A stretch of DNA of 38,246 nucleotides. Source: a virus (taxonomy: Duplodnaviria > Caudoviricetes). The position numbers and the translations under genes are program-made. A model generated the notes under the pieces. That model was not told the origin of the DNA. It saw nothing but the letters and a program-made list of their open reading frames with translations, and made no database searches. Position 1 is the stretch's first letter. Each line of letters starts with the position of its first letter. The DNA is taken from the IMG/VR virus record IMGVR_UViG_3300038315_000884, positions 1 through 38,246 of that record; one strand, given 5' to 3'. Shown piece after piece: positions 35,223 through 38,246 of the stretch.

Positions 35223-37248
35223 TCCGGATGTTTTTGATGTTAAACCCCAGACCCCTAGCACGCCGACCCTTGCTGTGGACGACCAGGGCAACAAATACGA
35301 GTGGAGTGAGGGCGAAAGAAAGTGGGTGCCCCATCTTACGGGCCTAGAAAAGTCAGGTAAGTTTATCTATGACATGGCCAAGACCATAGGACAGGGTGCG
35401 TCCGGTGATTATATGGACGAGGCTATGGCGTCCGTTAAGGCCGCGCTTGGCCCGCGCTCGTATGAGGACTATTGGCGAGAGGAGCAGAAAGGACTTGAGG
35501 AAATTCCTTGGGGGCGCTCCGCGACAGGGAAGTTGATAGGCGGTGCTGCTGCTACCGTTGGTGCCGGTAAACTTGTGAAAGGGACCAATATAGCAAAGCG
35601 TGCTGCAAACCTTCCAGAATGGCTCAAAAGTATAGGCTTGGGAGGCCTATGGGGCACCCTTTACGGCTCTGGACAAGCCGCGCCTGGGGAGCGGATACAG
35701 GGCGGGGCGGCTGGAGGTCTTACCGGCAGCGCCACGGGTGGGATTCTCCACGGCGCGCAGGCTGGGGGCCAAAAAGCATTTGACGCCGCCAAGAATTACT
35801 TTGGCTCTCGCCTTTTCCCGCAACACCAGGCTCCCAAGAATGTTGGGCAGGCACTATTCCAGCATGACAGAATGACGCCCAACACCGCATACTCTGCTGT
35901 TAGGACGCTTGGGCCTCACGGAATGTTTTTGGATGTGGGGCGGGGCAGGACAATGGGACTGGCTCAAAACATTATCGCGCAGGGCGGTCCCAATGCTGAC
36001 CTTATTACCGATAAACTGCGTGAGCGCCAAGAGGGGCATGTGCCGAGACTTGCCACGGCGGCTCAAAACCTTCTCGGTATGGGGGATATCGAAGAGGCCG
36101 ACCTTAATTATATGCAGCAACTTCGTGACAGCGCCTCTTCTCATTACACTCCGGCTTACAAGGCACACCCAAGCCTTATGTCGCCAGTCCTAGAGGGCAT
36201 CCTAGATGCCCCGGATGCTAAAAGGTTTATCGCTCGCTCCAAGTATCTAGCTGATACTCTTCGTGCGGCAGGAAAAACAAAATGGCTTGGCCCCGTTGAC
36301 GATGAATTAACCGAGTTAATGCGTTGGCGGCGGGACGCCGGGATTGGTCCTAAATTTGAGCGTCCTGGTGTTGCAAGCGGGTTTTCACTGGAAACATGGG
36401 ACCACATTAAGAGGGGGATGGACGGGCTATTAAATTCCAAGGCATATCAAAATAAATGGGGGAGGCTCAATGATAAGGGGCACGCCCTTAACGAGCTTAG
36501 AAAGTCTCTTGTAACCGAGTTGGATAAACTTACCGGCGGTGAGGAGGGACTTTATGCACAGGCCCGAAAACAGTATGGGGGGGATGCCGAGGTTATCAAT
36601 GCTCTTCGCGAGGGGCAAAAGGCCCTCCGTAAACATCCTAATGCGATAAAGCACGAAACTAAGAATATGGACAAGGCTTCGCTTGAGGCTTACCGGAATG
36701 GTGCATCAAGGGCCTTGCTTACCATTATTGAGGCGAAGGGGGATGATACCAACGCCGCTAAACGTGTTTTCGGCGATACCCTTATGCGGAAACGCTTAGA
36801 AGCGATATCGGGCGGCAAGTCAGACTTCCGGCGCTTCGCTCGCGCCGCTACGGGTGAGATGACAATGTGGGATACGTGGAAGGACGCCGGAAGGCCCGGC
36901 AGCGGTGATCCCGCCGAGGCAGCACTAAAGTTACAGGCAGGTCATGCGGGGGCCATTACGATGTCGGCCACGGATATACTGCCTGGGTCTGGTCTGGTCC
37001 GTGCCAGTGCTGGGCGGCAAGCTGCCAGAGCCTTGGTAGGCGATCCCGATGAAATGAATGACCTTGTTGCTCGCATTATCACAACTAGAAGCCCATCGGC
37101 TCAACAACATGCGCTGGATAAAATGACACCTCAGATGAAGAAAACCATTGCTAGACACCCTTATTTGCGCCTTCTGATATTAGGAGCAATACAAAACAAC
37201 GTCCCTGGCGCTGCCGCTGTTGCAGGATACGAGTGGTTAGCACAATGA
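35215..37248 (+). CDS. Large DNA ejection/transfer protein
   Basis: 677 aa with GQGASG.Y.DE, glycine-rich TM-like segments, LETWDHIKRGMD and YAQARKQY, typical of podovirus DNA-transfer proteins. Confidence 0.7.
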   Translation: MADPDVFDVKPQTPSTPTLAVDDQGNKYEWSEGERKWVPHLTGLEKSGKFIYDMAKTIGQGASGDYMDEAMASVKAALGPRSYEDYWREEQKGLEEIPWGRSATGKLIGGAAATVGAGKLVKGTNIAKRAANLPEWLKSIGLGGLWGTLYGSGQAAPGERIQGGAAGGLTGSATGGILHGAQAGGQKAFDAAKNYFGSRLFPQHQAPKNVGQALFQHDRMTPNTAYSAVRTLGPHGMFLDVGRGRTMGLAQNIIAQGGPNADLITDKLRERQEGHVPRLATAAQNLLGMGDIEEADLNYMQQLRDSASSHYTPAYKAHPSLMSPVLEGILDAPDAKRFIARSKYLADTLRAAGKTKWLGPVDDELTELMRWRRDAGIGPKFERPGVASGFSLETWDHIKRGMDGLLNSKAYQNKWGRLNDKGHALNELRKSLVTELDKLTGGEEGLYAQARKQYGGDAEVINALREGQKALRKHPNAIKHETKNMDKASLEAYRNGASRALLTIIEAKGDDTNAAKRVFGDTLMRKRLEAISGGKSDFRRFARAATGEMTMWDTWKDAGRPGSGDPAEAALKLQAGHAGAITMSATDILPGSGLVRASAGRQAARALVGDPDEMNDLVARIITTRSPSAQQHALDKMTPQMKKTIARHPYLRLLILGAIQNNVPGAAAVAGYEWLAQ

Positions 37249-38246
37249 AACGACTTCTAGTCATCGCGGGCCTGCTTACCTTTGCCGCCTACGCATGGGC
37301 AGCGGAGTTGCAAGACACCAGCACGACGGACGCCAGCAACACCGACTCCAGCTTTGGCTTTCCAGAAAATATGAGCCCGTCGAGTCTCAATGATAATTTA
37401 AGAGCATATCAGGGCCAAATCCGCAGGTGGCTAGGCGACAACGACGGCTCCATTATCGCCACGGGCAGCACATCCAACACCATCCTTATTCCGGCCACCA
37501 CCAGCCACAGTGCCTATTTCGACGGCTTTGTCATAGCCTTTGAAAGCGACATCGCCACCACGGGCGCGGTTAACATCAACGTGGATAGTCTGGGCGAGGT
37601 TAGCCTGCTGAAGAATGGCGATGCGGAATTAGCAACCGGCGATATCGGGGTGGGGCAGAAGGTCTGGGCTGTCTACGACGGCACCAATTTCCAGATGATG
37701 ACGCCGGTCAGCACCACGGCGGGCGATATGCTGGGCAGCAACAACCTCTCGGATGTAAGCGATGCCGAGGCGTCTCGGACCAGTTTGGGCTTCGACGGCG
37801 GCAGTGGCGTGGTTACCTCCGGTGATCTGGCTGCCGAGTTGAGGCCCAATGACCGGCAGACCATTTATATTCCCGCCGCAGGATGTATCCCGACCAATAC
37901 CGGCGGCAGCGGTGATTTGACGAAGGTGGAAACCAGCGTTGACCAGCCCGACTTCAACCATCTTCCATTTGATCCGCTGGCCCCGGAGCACTGTCAGGCC
38001 AGCTTCACCCTGCCAAGGGGGTTTGACGAGGCTGTCAGCTTTTTCTTCCAGGTCATGTGGACCCAAAGTACCTCCGCATCAGGTGGCGTGGCGTGGTTTC
38101 TACAGGGCGCAGCGGTCACGGATAACCTGGCCCTTGCGGTATCGTATAATGCAGCCACGGTCCTGACGGACACCTCCCATGCTACCAGTGAGGACTTCCA
38201 CACATCCGGCATTAGTCTGGACGGCTTTACTCCATCCGGCAGCCCG
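37245..38246 (+). CDS. Tail fibre/spike protein with N-terminal signal peptide (partial, runs off the window)
   Basis: Not in the ORF track because there is no stop. Manual translation: MKRLLVIAGLLTFAAYAWA-AELQDTSTTDASN...GFPENMSPSSLNDNLRAYQG...YDGTNFQM...NNLSDVSDAEASRTSLG. Confidence 0.8.
   Translation, partial: MKRLLVIAGLLTFAAYAWAAELQDTSTTDASNTDSSFGFPENMSPSSLNDNLRAYQGQIRRWLGDNDGSIIATGSTSNTILIPATTSHSAYFDGFVIAFESDIATTGAVNINVDSLGEVSLLKNGDAELATGDIGVGQKVWAVYDGTNFQMMTPVSTTAGDMLGSNNLSDVSDAEASRTSLGFDGGSGVVTSGDLAAELRPNDRQTIYIPAAGCIPTNTGGSGDLTKVETSVDQPDFNHLPFDPLAPEHCQASFTLPRGFDEAVSFFFQVMWTQSTSASGGVAWFLQGAAVTDNLALAVSYNAATVLTDTSHATSEDFHTSGISLDGFTPSGSP

Overview
This window is most of the genome of a short-tailed (P22/podovirus-like) dsDNA phage or prophage. 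A GcrA homologue, a perfect CtrA box and an alphaproteobacterial-style dif site point to an alphaproteobacterial host. The order is: leftward recombination genes (YqaJ exonuclease, SSB-like), a divergent cro-like control region, a rightward replication/regulation block (RusA, GcrA, wHTH, HNH, replication protein), a leftward array of small early genes, terS, a dif-like site, a PD-(D/E)XK nuclease, small ORFs, an intein-containing terL, portal, scaffold, a major capsid gene split by a 245-nt group I intron, decoration/adaptor/tail genes, ejection proteins and the start of a tail fibre. No integrase, CI repressor or lysis cassette is recognisable here. Four things stand out. (1) At about 7.9-9.9 kb almost every small early gene is bracketed by its own 22-25 bp inverted-repeat pair, with arms of neighbouring genes abutting and a conserved TAA/TAG-CCCC-(T)AAC motif downstream. 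(2) Three virion-type proteins carry Sec signal peptides, two of them flanking an O-antigen-ligase/O-OTase-like gene. (3) A densely structured non-coding region of about 270 nt precedes an HNH gene. (4) There is a dif-like XerCD site. All calls come from manual motif reading; no database searches or folding programs were run.
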